54,036 nt of DNA from the NCBI GenBank assembly GCA_964016255.1, contig CAXHFF010000001.1, forward strand, positions 1 through 54,036. Direction: 5' to 3'. Every line of letters begins with the position of its first letter. Position 1 is the first letter of the stretch. Made by a program: the position numbers and the translations under genes. Positions 25,689 to 38,717 of this stretch are shown here, in pieces. The notes beneath the pieces are model-generated. The model worked only from the letters and a program-made list of their open reading frames with translations. It was not told the DNA's origin and made no database searches. This stretch comes from an uncultured Acidimicrobiaceae bacterium (GTDB lineage Bacteria > Actinomycetota > Acidimicrobiia > Actinomarinales > Actinomarinaceae).

Positions 25689-26285
25689 ATGGTTAGACAA
25701 GATAAAGCAGATAAAGTAAAACAGCTAGAAGAGCTATTCAGTTCTGCAAACGCTTTAGTTTTAGCTGAGTATAGAGGTTTAACAGTAACCCAACAGACCA
25801 AACTTAGAAGAGAACTAAAAAATGCAGGAGCAACTTTTAATGTTGTAAAGATGTCTCTAGCAAAAAGAGCTGCAGAAAATATAGGGTATGAATCAATTCT
25901 TGAACATTTTTCTGGCCCGACTGGAGTGGCTGTTATAGAATCAGACCCTGTAGAGGCTGCTAAAGTATTAAAACAATTCTCCAAAGACAACGATTCATTT
26001 ATTGTCAAGGGTGGATTAATGGAATCAGAACCACTTACTTTAGATCAAATAAACATTCTTGCATCCATAGAAACAAGAGACGTTCTCTTAGCGAAGATTG
26101 CAGGAGGCTTTAATGCACCACTGACAAAAATGGCTGTGGGGCTGAAAGCAGTATTAAATAAATCTGGATATGCATTTAAGGCACTACTTGATGTAAAAGA
26201 AGCGAATCCAGAAATAAGTTCAGAAACGATAGAATCTGATTCTTCCAACGAAGATTCAGAGGATAAAATTAAAGAGGAGGAATAA
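25689..26285 (+). CDS. rplJ: 50S ribosomal protein L10
   Basis: 198 aa from ATG 25689. [33 protein letters not shown]. The ORF-track TTG at 25662 falls inside the leader hairpin. Confidence 0.93.
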   Translation: MVRQDKADKVKQLEELFSSANALVLAEYRGLTVTQQTKLRRELKNAGATFNVVKMSLAKRAAENIGYESILEHFSGPTGVAVIESDPVEAAKVLKQFSKDNDSFIVKGGLMESEPLTLDQINILASIETRDVLLAKIAGGFNAPLTKMAVGLKAVLNKSGYAFKALLDVKEANPEISSETIESDSSNEDSEDKIKEEE

Positions 26286-26287
26286 CA

Positions 26288-26668
26288 ATGGCAAAAATGA
26301 CAACCGAAGAGTTGCTATCTGTCTTTGAAGAAATGTCAGTTCTAGAATTGAAAGAATTCTTAGACTCATTTGACGAGAAATTTGATGTTACTGCAGCAGC
26401 TCCAGTGGCTGTAGCAGCAGCTCCAGCTGGTGGAGATGGCGGATCAGAAGAAGTTAAAGATTCTTTTGATGTTGTTCTCACAGAAGCTGGTGGACAGAAA
26501 ATACAGGTTATTAAAGAAGTAAGAGGACTAACTAGTCTTGGTTTGAAAGAAGCCAAAGAACTTGTCGATGGTGCTCCTTCTGACATACTTAAAGGTGCTT
26601 CCAAAGAAGATGCTGACAAAGCAAAAGAAGCTCTTGAAGGTGCCGGTGGGACTGTAGAACTCAAATAA
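26288..26668 (+). CDS. rplL: 50S ribosomal protein L7/L12
   Basis: 126 aa. Ala/Pro hinge [14 protein letters not shown] and C-terminal domain [23 protein letters not shown]...[12 protein letters not shown]. Confidence 0.97.
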   Translation: MAKMTTEELLSVFEEMSVLELKEFLDSFDEKFDVTAAAPVAVAAAPAGGDGGSEEVKDSFDVVLTEAGGQKIQVIKEVRGLTSLGLKEAKELVDGAPSDILKGASKEDADKAKEALEGAGGTVELK

Positions 26669-26752
26669 TTTAATATTATTTGTTTGCTTAAATATTAAGT
26701 ACTAATATACTTTACCCTTCGGGTTATTGTATTTTATTTTTTTTGAGGAGGC

Positions 26753-29700
26753 TTGTTGTCCGCTGTTCAGAATTCTAGACTTTCGTTTGCAAGAACTAAG
26801 GGTTTGGAGATTCCAGATTTACTAAATATACAAAAAGATTCATTTAAAAAGTTTCTAGACGAAGGGCTGTCTGAGATTCTTAATGAGATATCACCTATAA
26901 AAGATTTTTCAGGGCGTTTTAAATTAGAATTCCTAGAACATTTTTTTGAACCACCTATGAAAAGTTTAGAAGAATGCAAAATAACTGACTCAACCTATTC
27001 ACAACCTTTATATGTTATTGCTGAATTTACTGATGCAGAAACATATCAACAAAAAAGAGAAACAGTATTTCTTGGTGATTTCCCAATCATGACAGATACT
27101 GGTTCCTTTGTTATAAATGGGACTGAAAGAGTTATCGTCAGCCAACTTGTTCGCTCACCTGGTGTATATTTTTCAAAAGAAATTGATAAAACCTCCGACA
27201 AAGATATTTATATTGGAAAAATGATTCCTGGTAGGGGAGCATGGTTAGAATTTGATACCGATAAAAGGGATACAATTGGTGTACGTGTTGACAGAAAAAG
27301 AAGACAACACATAACAGCATTTCTAAGAGCTCTTTATGCAGTTGATCCGACACAGTGGGAAAAATATAAAATTGAGACAAAGGAAGATGCCATAAATATT
27401 TTTGGAGATTTTCCATCAATTCAAAATACAATCGAAAGAGATCCTGATCCTTCACCAGAATCAGCATTAATAGACTTATACAGAAAATTACGACCTGGTG
27501 AGCCAGCAACTGTTGAATCAGCTAGAAATTTGATTAAGCAAATGTTCTATACCGAAAAGAGATACGACTTATCTAAGGTCGGTAGATATAAAGTAGAACA
27601 AAAATTGGGTAGAGACTACTCAGAAAAAGATCAAAAACAATACACAACAGAAGTTGATGGAATGTTGAGAATTGATGACATGATTGATTCAATAAAATAT
27701 GTTATTGCTCTTCACGCTAAAGAAGAAACCATGATCAACAATCTTGGCAAAGAGCTAAAAGTGAGACTTGATGATATTGACCATTTTTCTAACAGAAGAA
27801 TAAGAACAGTTGGAGAACTTGTGCAGAATCAAGTACGAGTTGGTTTGAGTAGACTTGAAAGAGTTGTAAGGGAAAGAATGACAACTCAAGAACCTGACGC
27901 AATAAAACCACAATCCCTTATAAATATAAGACCAATCCAAGCAGCTTTAAAAGAATTCTTTGGTACAAGTCAGTTGAGCCAGTTTATGGATCAACCTAAC
28001 CCAATTGCTGCATTAACCCACAGAAGAAGACTTTCAGCCTTAGGGCCTGGGGGACTTTCAAGGGAAAGAGCTGGTTTCGAAGTCAGAGACGTTCACCCTT
28101 CTCATTACGGTAGAATGTGTCCAATTGAAACTCCAGAAGGTCCTAACATCGGTCTTATCGGGACCTTGGCAACATATGGGCGAATTAATGATTTTGGATT
28201 CATTGAAACCCCTTATTGGAAAGTTGAAAATGGTACTGTAAAAACAAGCAAAGAAGTTTACCTAACCGCTCACGATGAGAATGACGTGACTATTGCTCAA
28301 GCAAATGCACCTTTAAATGATGATGGCACATTCAAAAATAAAAGAGTTTTATGTAGAAAAACTGATGGCGAAGTAGCATTCGTTTCAGATAAAGAAATAG
28401 ATTACATGGACGTTAGTCCAAAACAAATTTGTTCAGTAACGACTGCCTTAATTCCTTTCTTAGAACATGATGATGCCAACAGAGCTCTTATGGGTTCAAA
28501 CATGCAACGACAAGCTGTTCCTCTCGTAAAGACTGAGGCACCATACGTCGGTACAGGCATGGAAGAAAATGTTGCACGAGATTCTGGTGAGGCTCTTATC
28601 TCACCTGTAGCTGGAGAAATAGTTAATGTTTCTGGTGATGAAATAATCCTCAAAGAAAAAGAAACTAACAAAAAGCATACATTTGAAGTTCAAAAGTTTA
28701 AGAGATCAAACCAGGCAACTTCTGCCAATCAAAAACCACTTGTAAAGGTTGGCACTAAAGTCAAACCAGGTGATGTTTTGGCTGATGGACCAAGTACTCA
28801 AGGTGGAGAGTTAGCTTTAGGTAAAAACTTGTTAGTTGCATACATGCCTTGGGATGGATATAACTTTGAAGATTCAATAGTCATATCAGAAAGATTAGTT
28901 AAAGAAGATGTTCTCACTTCCGTACATATTGCTGAACATGAAGTGGAAGCCAGAGACACAAAGCTTGGAGAAGAGGAGATAACAAGAGATATCCCTAATG
29001 TTGCTGAAGAAGTTTTGATGGATTTAGATGAAATGGGAATAGTTCGAATAGGTGCTGAAGTAACACCAGGGGACTATTTAGTTGGTAAAGTTACACCTAA
29101 GGGTGAGACAGAGCTAACTCCAGAGGAAAGATTATTAAGAGCTATTTTTGGTGAAAAGGCAAGAGAGGTTAGAGATACCTCACTTAGAGTTCCCCATGGA
29201 CAAAAAGGAAAAGTAATAGATGTCCAAATCCTTGATAGAGAGAATGGAGAAGATTTACCTCCAGGAGTTAATAAGAAAGTAAGAGTTTATGTAGCTATCC
29301 AAAGAAAAATTCAAGTTGGAGATAAGCTATCAGGAAGACACGGTAACAAGGGTGTAATATCAAAAATAAATGCCATAGAAGATATGCCATTTATGGAAGA
29401 TGGAACTCCCGTAGATATTCTCTTGTCTCCCTTAGGAGTTCCAAGCAGAATGAATTTAGGGCAAGTCCTTGAAACTCATCTTGGTTGGGCTGCTGATCAG
29501 GGTTGGGGAGAATATAAAGGAGATACTCTAGCCTCTAAAGGTGCAAAACCGGGAACTTTAGTAAGCACTCCAGTTTTTGATGGTGCTGATGAGGATGAAA
29601 TTCACAAAATATTAAAAAATGTAAATGAAAATAGAGATGGCAAGCAAATGGTTGATACTGATGGAAAAACAACCTTATATGATGGTCGTACCGGTGAAGC

Positions 29701-30172
29701 TTTCGATTCAAAAATAACAGTCGGGTATACATATATATTAAAATTAATTCACTTAGTTGACGAAAAAATACACGCAAGATCAACGGGTCCTTACTCTATG
29801 ATTACCCAACAACCTCTTGGAGGTAAGGCACAATTTGGTGGTCAAAGATTCGGAGAAATGGAAGTCTGGGCTTTGGAAGCATACGGTGCTAGTTATGCAT
29901 TACAGGAACTTCTTACTATTAAATCCGATGATACAGTCGGAAGAGTAAAAGTTTATGAATCTATTGTTAAAGGCGATAATATTCCTGAACCAGGAATTCC
30001 AGAATCTTTCAAAGTTTTATTAAAAGAGATGCAAAGTTTATGTTTGAATGTTGAGATTCTGTCAGCTGGTGAAGAAATTTCAATGAAAGAAATAAGTGAT
30101 GAATATGTCAAAACAGCAGAAACACTTGGAATTGACATGTCTAAGCCAGAACAAGATGAGCCGGAGCTATAG
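26753..30172 (+). CDS. rpoB: DNA-directed RNA polymerase subunit beta
   Basis: 1139 aa. [39 protein letters not shown] and [15 protein letters not shown] start just after GAGGAGG (the start could equally be TTG 26756). Confidence 0.97.
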   Translation: MLSAVQNSRLSFARTKGLEIPDLLNIQKDSFKKFLDEGLSEILNEISPIKDFSGRFKLEFLEHFFEPPMKSLEECKITDSTYSQPLYVIAEFTDAETYQQKRETVFLGDFPIMTDTGSFVINGTERVIVSQLVRSPGVYFSKEIDKTSDKDIYIGKMIPGRGAWLEFDTDKRDTIGVRVDRKRRQHITAFLRALYAVDPTQWEKYKIETKEDAINIFGDFPSIQNTIERDPDPSPESALIDLYRKLRPGEPATVESARNLIKQMFYTEKRYDLSKVGRYKVEQKLGRDYSEKDQKQYTTEVDGMLRIDDMIDSIKYVIALHAKEETMINNLGKELKVRLDDIDHFSNRRIRTVGELVQNQVRVGLSRLERVVRERMTTQEPDAIKPQSLINIRPIQAALKEFFGTSQLSQFMDQPNPIAALTHRRRLSALGPGGLSRERAGFEVRDVHPSHYGRMCPIETPEGPNIGLIGTLATYGRINDFGFIETPYWKVENGTVKTSKEVYLTAHDENDVTIAQANAPLNDDGTFKNKRVLCRKTDGEVAFVSDKEIDYMDVSPKQICSVTTALIPFLEHDDANRALMGSNMQRQAVPLVKTEAPYVGTGMEENVARDSGEALISPVAGEIVNVSGDEIILKEKETNKKHTFEVQKFKRSNQATSANQKPLVKVGTKVKPGDVLADGPSTQGGELALGKNLLVAYMPWDGYNFEDSIVISERLVKEDVLTSVHIAEHEVEARDTKLGEEEITRDIPNVAEEVLMDLDEMGIVRIGAEVTPGDYLVGKVTPKGETELTPEERLLRAIFGEKAREVRDTSLRVPHGQKGKVIDVQILDRENGEDLPPGVNKKVRVYVAIQRKIQVGDKLSGRHGNKGVISKINAIEDMPFMEDGTPVDILLSPLGVPSRMNLGQVLETHLGWAADQGWGEYKGDTLASKGAKPGTLVSTPVFDGADEDEIHKILKNVNENRDGKQMVDTDGKTTLYDGRTGEAFDSKITVGYTYILKLIHLVDEKIHARSTGPYSMITQQPLGGKAQFGGQRFGEMEVWALEAYGASYALQELLTIKSDDTVGRVKVYESIVKGDNIPEPGIPESFKVLLKEMQSLCLNVEILSAGEEISMKEISDEYVKTAETLGIDMSKPEQDEPEL

Positions 30173-30177
30173 GGATT

Positions 30178-33100
30178 ATGGAAAAAATATTTGACGAATT
30201 AAGTATAAGCCTTGCTACATCTGACCAAATGAGAAGTTGGTCATTTGGTGAGGTTAAAAAACCAGAGACTATTAACTATAGAACTTTAAAGCCAGAAAAA
30301 GATGGTCTTTTCGATGAAAGAATTTTTGGACCAACAAAAGATTGGGAATGTTCTTGTGGAAGGTATAAGAGAATTCGATACAGGGGAATTGTTTGTGAAA
30401 GATGTGGAGTTGAAGTCACAAGACGAGAAGTTAGACGTGAGAGAATGGGGCATATTGAACTAGCAGCACCTGTAACTCATATTTGGTACTTTAAAGGCGT
30501 TCCTAGTAGATTGGGATACTTTTTGGATATGTCCCCTAAAGAACTTGAAAAAATTATTTATTTTGCAGCATACTTAGTCGTTTCGATTGATGAGAAAAAA
30601 AGAACTAAAGATTTAGGCGAACTTGAAGAGGCAGTAGTTGCTGAGTGTGAAATTGTAGATGAAGACCATCAAGAGTGGGAGTCAAAAAGAGTTAAGCAAA
30701 TGAAGCTCGAAATTAAAGCTATGGAAAATGCTAAGGTCCCTGAAGCCGAGGTTCAAGAACGAAAAAAAGATATTGAAAAAGAGATTAAGGGTAAAAAGAA
30801 AAAATCAGATGATGAAATTGAAGTAATCAAAAATGCTTTTTCAAGATTAAAAACATTAAAACCAAAAGACATAATTGAAGACGACACTTTATGGCGTGAA
30901 ATGATTGATAAGTACGATGAATATTTCACTGGTGGCATGGGAGCTGAAGCCGTAAGAGAATTAGTTAAGCTTGTTGACTTAAAAGCAGAGATGGAAAAAT
31001 TAAAGTCTGACTTAGATTCTAAATCTGCTCAAAGAAGACAAAGGGCTATTCAACGAATGAAAGTTATAAAACCCTTCGCAGATGGTAAAAATCCTCCTGA
31101 GGCAATGATTTTAGAAATAGTTCCTGTAATTCCTCCTGAATTGAGGCCTATGGTTCAACTAGATGGTGGACGTTTTGCAACTTCAGACTTAAATGATCTT
31201 TATAGACGACTTATTAATAGAAACAACCGATTAAAAAAATTAATTGAGCTTGGTGCACCTGACATAATAATTAGTAACGAGAAAAGAATGTTGCAGGAGT
31301 CAGTTGATGCTCTATTTGACAATGGTAGAAGAGGAAGGGCTGTTGCAGGAGCTGGTGGTCGTGGACTTAAATCACTATCAGATATGTTGAAGGGTAAGCA
31401 AGGTAGATTTAGACAAAACCTTTTAGGAAAAAGAGTTGATTATTCTGCTCGTTCAGTAATCGTTGTTGGTCCACATTTACAACTCCAACAGTGCGGGTTA
31501 CCTAAAATGATGGCTTTAGAACTTTTTAAACCCTTTGTAATGAAAAGACTTGTCGAGCTAGGATTAGCTCAAAATATTAAATCAGCTAAAAGAATGGTTG
31601 AAAGATCAAGAGCTCAAGTATGGGACGTTTTAGCTGAAGTCATTGAAGAGCATCCAGTTCTTCTGAATAGGGCACCTACTTTACACAGACTAGGAATTCA
31701 AGCCTTTGAGCCGATACTTGTTGAGGGTAAAGCAATTCAAGTTCATCCGTTAGTTTGCGAAGCTTTTAATGCTGACTTTGATGGAGATCAAATGGCTGTA
31801 CATGTTCCATTATCTGCTGAGGCCCAGGCTGAGGCAAGAGTATTAATGCTAGCTACAAACAATGTACTTTCACCTGCAAGTGGTAACCCAATTGTTTCAC
31901 CTAGCCAAGACATGGTTATTGGCCTGTACTACATCACAGAATGTTATGAAAAATTAGAAGATGCAAAAATGGCTTTTGTAGATATAAACGAGGCAGAGCA
32001 AGCATATGAAGCTGGTCATATTGGTCTTCAAACTCCAATTAGGCTAAGAGTTGGCGATATTGCTGGGGATCCAAAAATTTATGATGAGATAAAAAATAGA
32101 TTTACTGATTTAATTTCTGAAAGTCCTGTAGATGGTGCAGCCTTATTGAATACTACACTTGGAAGAGTTTATTTTAATAATGTACTTCCAAATGACTTTC
32201 CATTCATACAGGCAAAAGTTCGTAAAAATGAAATGAAAAGAATTATCTCTGAGGTCATCGAAAGATACAACAAAGCAGAACTAAGAGAATTCTTAGACGC
32301 CATGAAAGATGTTGGATTTAAATACGGAGCAAAAGCTGGTTTGAGTGTAGCTATGACAGATGTTAAAACTCCTCCAGAAAAAAGTACAATTTTAGAGAAG
32401 CACGAAAGTGATGCTGAAAAAATCGAAAACCAATATAAAAGTGGAGCCATCAGTGAAGCAGAAAGAAAGAAAGCTATAATTCAAATTTGGACTAAAGCAA
32501 CTGATGAAATTCAACATGCAATGAGTCGCGCCTTAGAAGCAGATGAATTCAACCCTGTTGACATGATGGTTAAATCTGGAGCTAGAGGAAATATGATGCA
32601 GGTTAGACAACTTGCAGGTATGAGAGGTTTAGTTGCTAACCCCAAAGGTGACATTATTGAGAGACCTATTAAGAGTAACTTTCGAGAGGGAATGTCTGTT
32701 CTTGAGTACTTTATATCTACTCATGGTGCCAGGAAGGGTCTAGCTGATACGGCCTTGAGAACTGCTGATTCAGGCTACCTTACAAGAAGACTTGTAGACG
32801 TTGCAGCAGGAATTGTTGTTAAAGATCAAGGTGATGAAAATATTGACTGGAGAGGTACAAAGAAAACAGTTATTGATTCGGACGGTAAGGTTAGTAGATA
32901 CTTACACTCAAAATTATATGGACGAGTATTAGCTGAAGACATCAAAAAAGATAAAAAAGTAATTGAATTTGGAGATTCTAAAAAGCTGACTAAAGGAACT
33001 TATATTGATGCCGAAGTGTTAGATGCTATTTCTAAATGTGGCGTTGAAAGTGTTAATATACTCTCACCGTTTAACTCACAAGATCCTGAAACAATGGACC

Positions 33101-34101
33101 CACTATGTTACGGATTTAGTCTTGCAACAGGTAAACCGGTTGAAGTTGGAGAAGCTGTTGGAATTATTTCAGCACAATCTATTGGTGAACCTGGAACACA
33201 GCTTACTATGAGAACTTTCCACACTGGGGGAGTTGTAGGGCTAGACATTACATCAGGTCTTCCAAGAATTGTTGAGTTATTTGAAGCTCGAAATCCTAAA
33301 GGTAAATCAGTCATGTCCTCAATACAAGGAAAAATTAAATCTATAGACACCACGCCAGAGGGTACAAGAATTATAACTATTCAAAATGAAAAAGAGGATA
33401 TTGAGGTAGAAGTTCTTAGAAGACAAACCTTAGTAGTTAATCAGGGAGATACAGTTGAAGCTGGAGATGCTTTAACGACTGGACCAAAAGCTCCAAAAGA
33501 AGTTTTAGAAATTAACGGTGTACGGGCATGTCAAGAATATCTTGTTGATGAAGTACAAAAAACTTATCGTGACCAAGGAGTTGAAGTTCACGACAAGCAT
33601 GTTGAAATGATAGTTCGACAAATGTTAAGAAGAGTCAGAATTGTTAGTGCAAATGATTCTGATTACTTACCAAATGAACTAGTCGACTCAACATTATTTA
33701 GAAAAACTAATCAAGCATTAGTAAAAGAAGGAAAAACACCTGCTGAAGGAAGACCAGAGCTTATGGGTATCACCAAAGCTAGCCTTGCAACTGACTCATG
33801 GTTATCAGCAGCATCTTTCCAAGAAACTACAAGAGTACTGACAGAAGCGGCAATGAAGAAAAGCAGCGATTCTCTGTCAGGTTTAAAAGAGAACGTGATT
33901 ATTGGAACTCTTATTCCTGCTGGAACAGGATCAGAAGCTTATCAGAAACTATCACCTTCACTCCCAGATGCTCCTGAAGTTTCTTCACTAGGATTTATGG
34001 AAGCATCACCAGACTCAGAGGAATCTGATGGAGATGCACTACCAAATCCTGCACAATGGCTGGCTATGCTAGGCGAAGAAGGAGAAGAAGAAACAGAGTA
34101 A
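30178..34101 (+). CDS. rpoC: DNA-directed RNA polymerase subunit beta-prime
   Basis: 1307 aa. Zinc finger [20 protein letters not shown] and catalytic [12 protein letters not shown]. Extra charged coiled-coil segment of about 80 aa between YLVV (about residue 132) and GGMGAEA (about residue 252). Confidence 0.97.
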   Translation: MEKIFDELSISLATSDQMRSWSFGEVKKPETINYRTLKPEKDGLFDERIFGPTKDWECSCGRYKRIRYRGIVCERCGVEVTRREVRRERMGHIELAAPVTHIWYFKGVPSRLGYFLDMSPKELEKIIYFAAYLVVSIDEKKRTKDLGELEEAVVAECEIVDEDHQEWESKRVKQMKLEIKAMENAKVPEAEVQERKKDIEKEIKGKKKKSDDEIEVIKNAFSRLKTLKPKDIIEDDTLWREMIDKYDEYFTGGMGAEAVRELVKLVDLKAEMEKLKSDLDSKSAQRRQRAIQRMKVIKPFADGKNPPEAMILEIVPVIPPELRPMVQLDGGRFATSDLNDLYRRLINRNNRLKKLIELGAPDIIISNEKRMLQESVDALFDNGRRGRAVAGAGGRGLKSLSDMLKGKQGRFRQNLLGKRVDYSARSVIVVGPHLQLQQCGLPKMMALELFKPFVMKRLVELGLAQNIKSAKRMVERSRAQVWDVLAEVIEEHPVLLNRAPTLHRLGIQAFEPILVEGKAIQVHPLVCEAFNADFDGDQMAVHVPLSAEAQAEARVLMLATNNVLSPASGNPIVSPSQDMVIGLYYITECYEKLEDAKMAFVDINEAEQAYEAGHIGLQTPIRLRVGDIAGDPKIYDEIKNRFTDLISESPVDGAALLNTTLGRVYFNNVLPNDFPFIQAKVRKNEMKRIISEVIERYNKAELREFLDAMKDVGFKYGAKAGLSVAMTDVKTPPEKSTILEKHESDAEKIENQYKSGAISEAERKKAIIQIWTKATDEIQHAMSRALEADEFNPVDMMVKSGARGNMMQVRQLAGMRGLVANPKGDIIERPIKSNFREGMSVLEYFISTHGARKGLADTALRTADSGYLTRRLVDVAAGIVVKDQGDENIDWRGTKKTVIDSDGKVSRYLHSKLYGRVLAEDIKKDKKVIEFGDSKKLTKGTYIDAEVLDAISKCGVESVNILSPFNSQDPETMDPLCYGFSLATGKPVEVGEAVGIISAQSIGEPGTQLTMRTFHTGGVVGLDITSGLPRIVELFEARNPKGKSVMSSIQGKIKSIDTTPEGTRIITIQNEKEDIEVEVLRRQTLVVNQGDTVEAGDALTTGPKAPKEVLEINGVRACQEYLVDEVQKTYRDQGVEVHDKHVEMIVRQMLRRVRIVSANDSDYLPNELVDSTLFRKTNQALVKEGKTPAEGRPELMGITKASLATDSWLSAASFQETTRVLTEAAMKKSSDSLSGLKENVIIGTLIPAGTGSEAYQKLSPSLPDAPEVSSLGFMEASPDSEESDGDALPNPAQWLAMLGEEGEEETE

Positions 34102-34191
34102 AAACTTATAAATTTTTGGTTGTTGTAAGTTTAAAACTCTCATATACTTCTTTCTCGGTAAGTCAATAACACTATTTAGATTGGAAAATTA

Positions 34192-34560
34192 ATGCCTACT
34201 ACGCAACAGTTAGTTAGAAAAGGACGAAAGTCCAAAGTGTCTAAAGAAAAGACACCTGGCTTAAAAGGTTCACCTCAACGAAGGGGTGTCTGCACACGTG
34301 TATACACAGTCACACCTAAAAAACCTAACTCTGCCTTAAGAAAAGTATGTAGGGTAAGACTTTCAACTGGAACAGAAGTCACTGCATATATCCCAGGTGA
34401 AGGACATAATCTCCAAGAACACTCAATAGTATTAGTAAGAGGTGGTAGAGTTAAAGACCTTCCTGGAGTCAGGTACAAGGTTATCAGGGGAGCTTTAGAT
34501 ACATCCGGAGTAGCTGATAGGAAACAAGCTAGGTCAAGATACGGAAGTAAAAAAGGTTAA
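34192..34560 (+). CDS. rpsL: 30S ribosomal protein S12
   Basis: 122 aa. [12 protein letters not shown] and [17 protein letters not shown]. Confidence 0.97.
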   Translation: MPTTQQLVRKGRKSKVSKEKTPGLKGSPQRRGVCTRVYTVTPKKPNSALRKVCRVRLSTGTEVTAYIPGEGHNLQEHSIVLVRGGRVKDLPGVRYKVIRGALDTSGVADRKQARSRYGSKKG

Positions 34561-34562
34561 CT

Positions 34563-35030
34563 ATGAGAAGAGGACCATCACTTAAGCGTAAACCGGAACC
34601 TGACCCTTTATTTAACAGTGTGTTGGTATCTCAGCTTACAAATCAAATTTTACTAGACGGAAGAAAAGATACAGCTAGAAACATTGTTTACAGTGCACTA
34701 GAGCTAGTTGAAAAGCAAGTCGGAGGAGATCCACTAGCTGTTTTAAAAGAAGCTTTTGAAAATGTTAAGCCACAAGTTGAAACAAAATCAAGACGAGTGG
34801 GTGGAACTAATTATCAGGTACCTATGGAAGTTCCACACAGAAGAAGCACCACACTAGCAATCAGATGGATGGTTGCAGCCTCAAGAAAAAGAGGAGAAAA
34901 AACGATGGCTGAAAGATTAGGTAGAGAAATTCTTGATGCAAGTAAAAATACAGGAGCATCAGTTAAGAAAAGAGAAGACGTTCACAAGATGGCAGAATCA
35001 AATAGAGCTTTCGCTCATTATAGGTGGTAA
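34563..35030 (+). CDS. rpsG: 30S ribosomal protein S7
   Basis: 155 aa. [19 protein letters not shown] and NRAFAHYRW at the C-terminus. Confidence 0.97.
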   Translation: MRRGPSLKRKPEPDPLFNSVLVSQLTNQILLDGRKDTARNIVYSALELVEKQVGGDPLAVLKEAFENVKPQVETKSRRVGGTNYQVPMEVPHRRSTTLAIRWMVAASRKRGEKTMAERLGREILDASKNTGASVKKREDVHKMAESNRAFAHYRW

Positions 35031-35032
35031 TC

Positions 35033-37123
35033 ATGAGTGATAGGTTAATAGACTTAAAACAGCTTCGAAATATAGGAATAATGGCTCATATTGATGCAGG
35101 AAAAACTACGTTAACTGAAAGAGTCCTATATTACACCGGAAAAACTTACAAAATTGGTGAGGTTCACGATGGTGCTGCTGTTATGGATTGGATGGAACAA
35201 GAGCAGGAAAGAGGGATTACAATTACATCTGCAGCTACTACCTGCGAATGGGAAGATCACACTATTAATATCATAGATACACCTGGGCACGTAGACTTCA
35301 CTGTAGAGGTTGAAAGATCACTTAGAGTCTTAGATGGAGCAGTTGCAGTATTTGATGGTGTAGCTGGAGTAGAGCCACAGTCTGAAACAGTTTGGAGACA
35401 AGCAGATAAATATAATGTTCCAAGAATTTGTTTTGTAAATAAGCTTGATAGAACTGGTGCAGATTTTAATTTTGATGTTCAGTCAATCATTGAAAGATTA
35501 GAAGCGAAACCAGCAGTACTACATATTCCTATTGGTTCAGAAGAAAACTTTGTAGGTGTTGTTGATTTAGTAGAAATGAAATCACACACTTGGTCTAAAG
35601 ATGATGGATCTGAATGGGACATAGACGAGATATCTGCGGACATGCTTGATGAAGCAAATGCTAAAAGACAAGAATTACTTGATGTTATTGCTGAGGCAGA
35701 TGATGAAATCCTTGAAAAGTATTTAGGGGAAGAAGAACTTACTGTAACAGAAATCAAAAAAGCTATCAGAAAAGGAACCCTAGACGGTCTTTTTGTACCA
35801 GTACTTGCTGGAAGTGCATTCAAAAATAAAGGTGTCCAGTTACTTCTTAATGCTGTTATTGATTATCTTCCATCTCCTCTAGATATTGATCCAACAACTG
35901 GTTTCAAACCGGGAGATGAAGAAAATGAAATAGTTAGAGAACACTCTGACGAAGAACCTTTTTCAGCTCTTGCGTTCAAAGTTGTTAGTGACCCACATGT
36001 TGGTAAATTAACTTATTTTAGAGTTTATTCAGGGACACTTAAAAAGGGCGACAAAGTAGTAAACACTACTACTGGTAAAGATGAAAGACTTGGAAGAATT
36101 CTGAGAATGCACTCCAATACCAGGGAAGATATTGATTTTATTTCCACCGGAGATATCGTTGCAGGTGTTGGCTTAAAGAATGCAAAAACTGGGGATACGT
36201 TGGCTGACTCTTCAAATCCAATTCAGCTAGAGTCAATGACATTTCCAGAACCAGTTATTTCTGTAGCAATTGAGCCCAAATCAAGAGTAGATGAGGAGAA
36301 GCTCTCTGAAGGATTACAAAAATTAGCAGAAGAAGACCCCACCTTTGTTGTTCAGTCTGATGAAGAAACTGGCCAAACAATTATTTCAGGAATGGGCGAA
36401 CTTCATCTAGATATTCTTGTAGATAGATTAAAAAGAGAGTTTAGAGTAGAAGCAAATATTGGAAAACCCCAAGTAGCATATCGAGAAGCTCTTAAAAAAG
36501 AAGTCAAAATAGAAGCAAAATATATTCGTCAGAGTGGTGGTAGAGGTCAATATGGTCATGTAGTTATGGAGCTTGAACCTATCAATGAAGGTTATGAATT
36601 TGTAGACTTAATTAAGAGTGGAAGAATTCCAAAAGAATATATACCTTCCGTAAATGCAGGAGTTGAAGCCGCAATGGAATCTGGTGTTTTAGCAGGTTAT
36701 CCCTTAGAAAATATTAAAGCTACTTTAGTTGATGGAAGCTATCACGATGTGGACTCTTCGGAAATGGCATTTAAAATTGCGGGATCTATGGCCCTTAAAG
36801 ATGGAGCAAAAAAAGCAGGAATTAAACTACTAGAACCAGTTATGGAAGTAGAAGTGGTAACACCAGAAGATTTTATGGGAGATGTTGTCGGAGATCTATC
36901 CTCAAGAAGAGGAAAGATTGCTGAAATGGGACAAAGAGGATCTGCAAAGGTCATCAATGCTACAGTTCCTTTATCAGAGATGTTTGGATACGCAACTGAT
37001 TTGCGTTCAAGAACTCAAGGCCGTGCAACATTTACGATGCAGTTTGATAGTTATGAAGACGTTCCCGACGCAATAACTAAGGAAATAACTGCAAGTATTC
37101 GTGGAGTAGAGGTTGAAGTCTAA
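35033..37123 (+). CDS. fusA: Elongation factor G
   Basis: 696 aa from ATG 35033. [24 protein letters not shown] and NKLDR. Confidence 0.97.
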   Translation: MSDRLIDLKQLRNIGIMAHIDAGKTTLTERVLYYTGKTYKIGEVHDGAAVMDWMEQEQERGITITSAATTCEWEDHTINIIDTPGHVDFTVEVERSLRVLDGAVAVFDGVAGVEPQSETVWRQADKYNVPRICFVNKLDRTGADFNFDVQSIIERLEAKPAVLHIPIGSEENFVGVVDLVEMKSHTWSKDDGSEWDIDEISADMLDEANAKRQELLDVIAEADDEILEKYLGEEELTVTEIKKAIRKGTLDGLFVPVLAGSAFKNKGVQLLLNAVIDYLPSPLDIDPTTGFKPGDEENEIVREHSDEEPFSALAFKVVSDPHVGKLTYFRVYSGTLKKGDKVVNTTTGKDERLGRILRMHSNTREDIDFISTGDIVAGVGLKNAKTGDTLADSSNPIQLESMTFPEPVISVAIEPKSRVDEEKLSEGLQKLAEEDPTFVVQSDEETGQTIISGMGELHLDILVDRLKREFRVEANIGKPQVAYREALKKEVKIEAKYIRQSGGRGQYGHVVMELEPINEGYEFVDLIKSGRIPKEYIPSVNAGVEAAMESGVLAGYPLENIKATLVDGSYHDVDSSEMAFKIAGSMALKDGAKKAGIKLLEPVMEVEVVTPEDFMGDVVGDLSSRRGKIAEMGQRGSAKVINATVPLSEMFGYATDLRSRTQGRATFTMQFDSYEDVPDAITKEITASIRGVEVEV

Positions 37124-37165
37124 GCTTGTTTTTCAAGCAAAGGCTTTTTAAAAAAGGAGAAAAAT

Positions 37166-38350
37166 ATGTCAAAGGAAAAATTTGACCGCAGCAAGCCTCA
37201 TGTGAACATCGGTACAATGGGACACATTGACCATGGTAAAACCACATTGACGGCCGCAATAACAAAAGTTTTAGCCGAAGCCGGTGATGGTGACGCAACA
37301 GCTTTTGAAGATATTGATAAAGCCCCTGAAGAGAGGGAAAGAGGAATCACAATCCAGATTGCTCACGTAGAGTATGAAACTGAAAACAGACATTATGCTC
37401 ATGTGGACATGCCTGGTCACGCTGACTATGTAAAAAATATGATTACTGGTGCAGCTCAAGTTGATGGTGCAATTTTAGTTGTATCAGCGGCTGATGGACC
37501 AATGCCTCAGACAAGAGAACACGTTCTCTTGGCGAGACAAGTTGGTGTTCCAGCAATAGCAGTATTCCTTAACAAAGTTGATCAAGTCGACGATGATGAA
37601 CTACTTGACTTAGTTGAAATGGAAGTAAGAGAATTACTTACAGAATATGATTTCCCAGGAGATGATGTTCCAGTAGTCAGAGGTTCAGCATTAGCAGCAC
37701 TCGAGGGTGATGAAGCTGGTGTAAAAGCTGTTCTTGAAATGATGGAACAAGTTGATAGTTATATCGAAGAGCCAGTAAGAGTCGTTGATAAACCATTCCT
37801 AATGCCTGTAGAGGATGTATTCTCTATTACAGGTCGAGGTACAGTTGTTACTGGAAGAATCGAACAAGGAATAGTTAACGTAAACGAAGAAGTTGAAATT
37901 ATTGGTATAAGAGATACCCAAAAATCAGTTTGTACTGGTGTTGAGATGTTCAGAAAACTACTTGATGAAGGTAGAGCTGGAGATAACGTTGGACTACTTT
38001 TACGTGGTATTGATAAAGAAGATGTTGAAAGAGGACAGGTTATCGCAAAACCAGGTTCTATTACTCCTCATACAAAATTTGAGGGTGAAGTATATGTCTT
38101 GACAAAAGAAGAGGGTGGACGTCACAATCCATTCTTTAAAGGATACAGACCACAGTTCTATTTTAGAACTACTGATGTAACCGGTGAAGTTAGTCTTCCA
38201 GAAGGTACCGAAATGGTAATGCCTGGTGACAACGTTTCTGTAACAGTTGAACTAATCTCCCCAATTGCGATGGAAGAAGGAGTGAAGTTTGCTATCCGTG
38301 AGGGTGGTAGGACTGTAGGAGCAGGACAAGTAACAAAAGTTATAGAGTAA
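37166..38350 (+). CDS. tuf: Elongation factor Tu
   Basis: 394 aa. [23 protein letters not shown] and NKVD. AAGGAG upstream. Confidence 0.98.
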   Translation: MSKEKFDRSKPHVNIGTMGHIDHGKTTLTAAITKVLAEAGDGDATAFEDIDKAPEERERGITIQIAHVEYETENRHYAHVDMPGHADYVKNMITGAAQVDGAILVVSAADGPMPQTREHVLLARQVGVPAIAVFLNKVDQVDDDELLDLVEMEVRELLTEYDFPGDDVPVVRGSALAALEGDEAGVKAVLEMMEQVDSYIEEPVRVVDKPFLMPVEDVFSITGRGTVVTGRIEQGIVNVNEEVEIIGIRDTQKSVCTGVEMFRKLLDEGRAGDNVGLLLRGIDKEDVERGQVIAKPGSITPHTKFEGEVYVLTKEEGGRHNPFFKGYRPQFYFRTTDVTGEVSLPEGTEMVMPGDNVSVTVELISPIAMEEGVKFAIREGGRTVGAGQVTKVIE

Positions 38351-38358
38351 TAAAAATT

Positions 38359-38393
38359 AACCGGGAGTAGACTACTTGCTCCCGGTTTTTTTT
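38359..38393 (+). terminator. Rho-independent terminator after tuf
   Basis: 9-bp stem AACCGGGAG (38359-38367) / CTCCCGGTT (38379-38387) with an 11-nt loop. Run of 8 T (38386-38393). Directly followed by GAGGA and the rpsJ ATG at 38403. Confidence 0.8.
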
Positions 38394-38402
38394 GAGGAAG
38401 AA

Positions 38403-38717
38403 ATGGCAAAGCAGCAACAACAGATAAGAATAAAGCTAAAAGCATATGACAACTATGTTGTTGATGAGTCTGCGCGTAAAATTGCAGAAACAGTTATTAA
38501 GACCCAAGCAAAAGTAAAAGGTCCAATACCTCTCCCAACCCAGATACACAGATACTGTGTAATCAGATCCCCACATGTTTATAAGAAATCTAGAGAGCAC
38601 TTTGAGATGAGAATTCACAAAAGGCTTATAGACATTATTGAACCTACACCTAAAACTGTAGATTCACTAATGAGACTAGATTTACCAGCTGGTGTAGAGG
38701 TAGAGATTAAGTTATGA
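38403..38717 (+). CDS. rpsJ: 30S ribosomal protein S10
   Basis: 104 aa from ATG 38403. IRIKLKAYD...[26 protein letters not shown]. The ORF-track start at 38376 lies inside the tuf terminator. Confidence 0.96.
   Translation: MAKQQQQIRIKLKAYDNYVVDESARKIAETVIKTQAKVKGPIPLPTQIHRYCVIRSPHVYKKSREHFEMRIHKRLIDIIEPTPKTVDSLMRLDLPAGVEVEIKL

Noticed and set aside
26269-26664. 131-aa minus-strand ORF antisense to rplL, plus similar long antisense ORFs at 25643-26008, 23879-24277, 7733-8116, 15991-16341, 35479-35823, 41403-41804, 49501-49911 and 50862-51251
   Set aside because: Each lies entirely inside a confidently identified, conserved plus-strand gene. They translate to low-complexity Ser/Ala/Pro-rich or otherwise motif-free sequence. 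These are typical shadow frames of relatively GC-rich, highly expressed genes.
26714-26744. Small hairpin ACCC-TTC-GGGT followed by a T-rich run between rplL and rpoB, as the classical rplL-rpoB attenuator
   Set aside because: The stem is only 4 bp with a 3-nt loop. It is plausible by position but not supportable from the sequence alone.
34102-34132. 10-bp inverted repeat AAACTTATAA / TTGTAAGTTT after rpoC as a terminator
   Set aside because: The stem is almost entirely A:T with one G-U pair and an 11-nt loop, and there is no downstream T-tract. It is too weak to call in an AT-rich genome.
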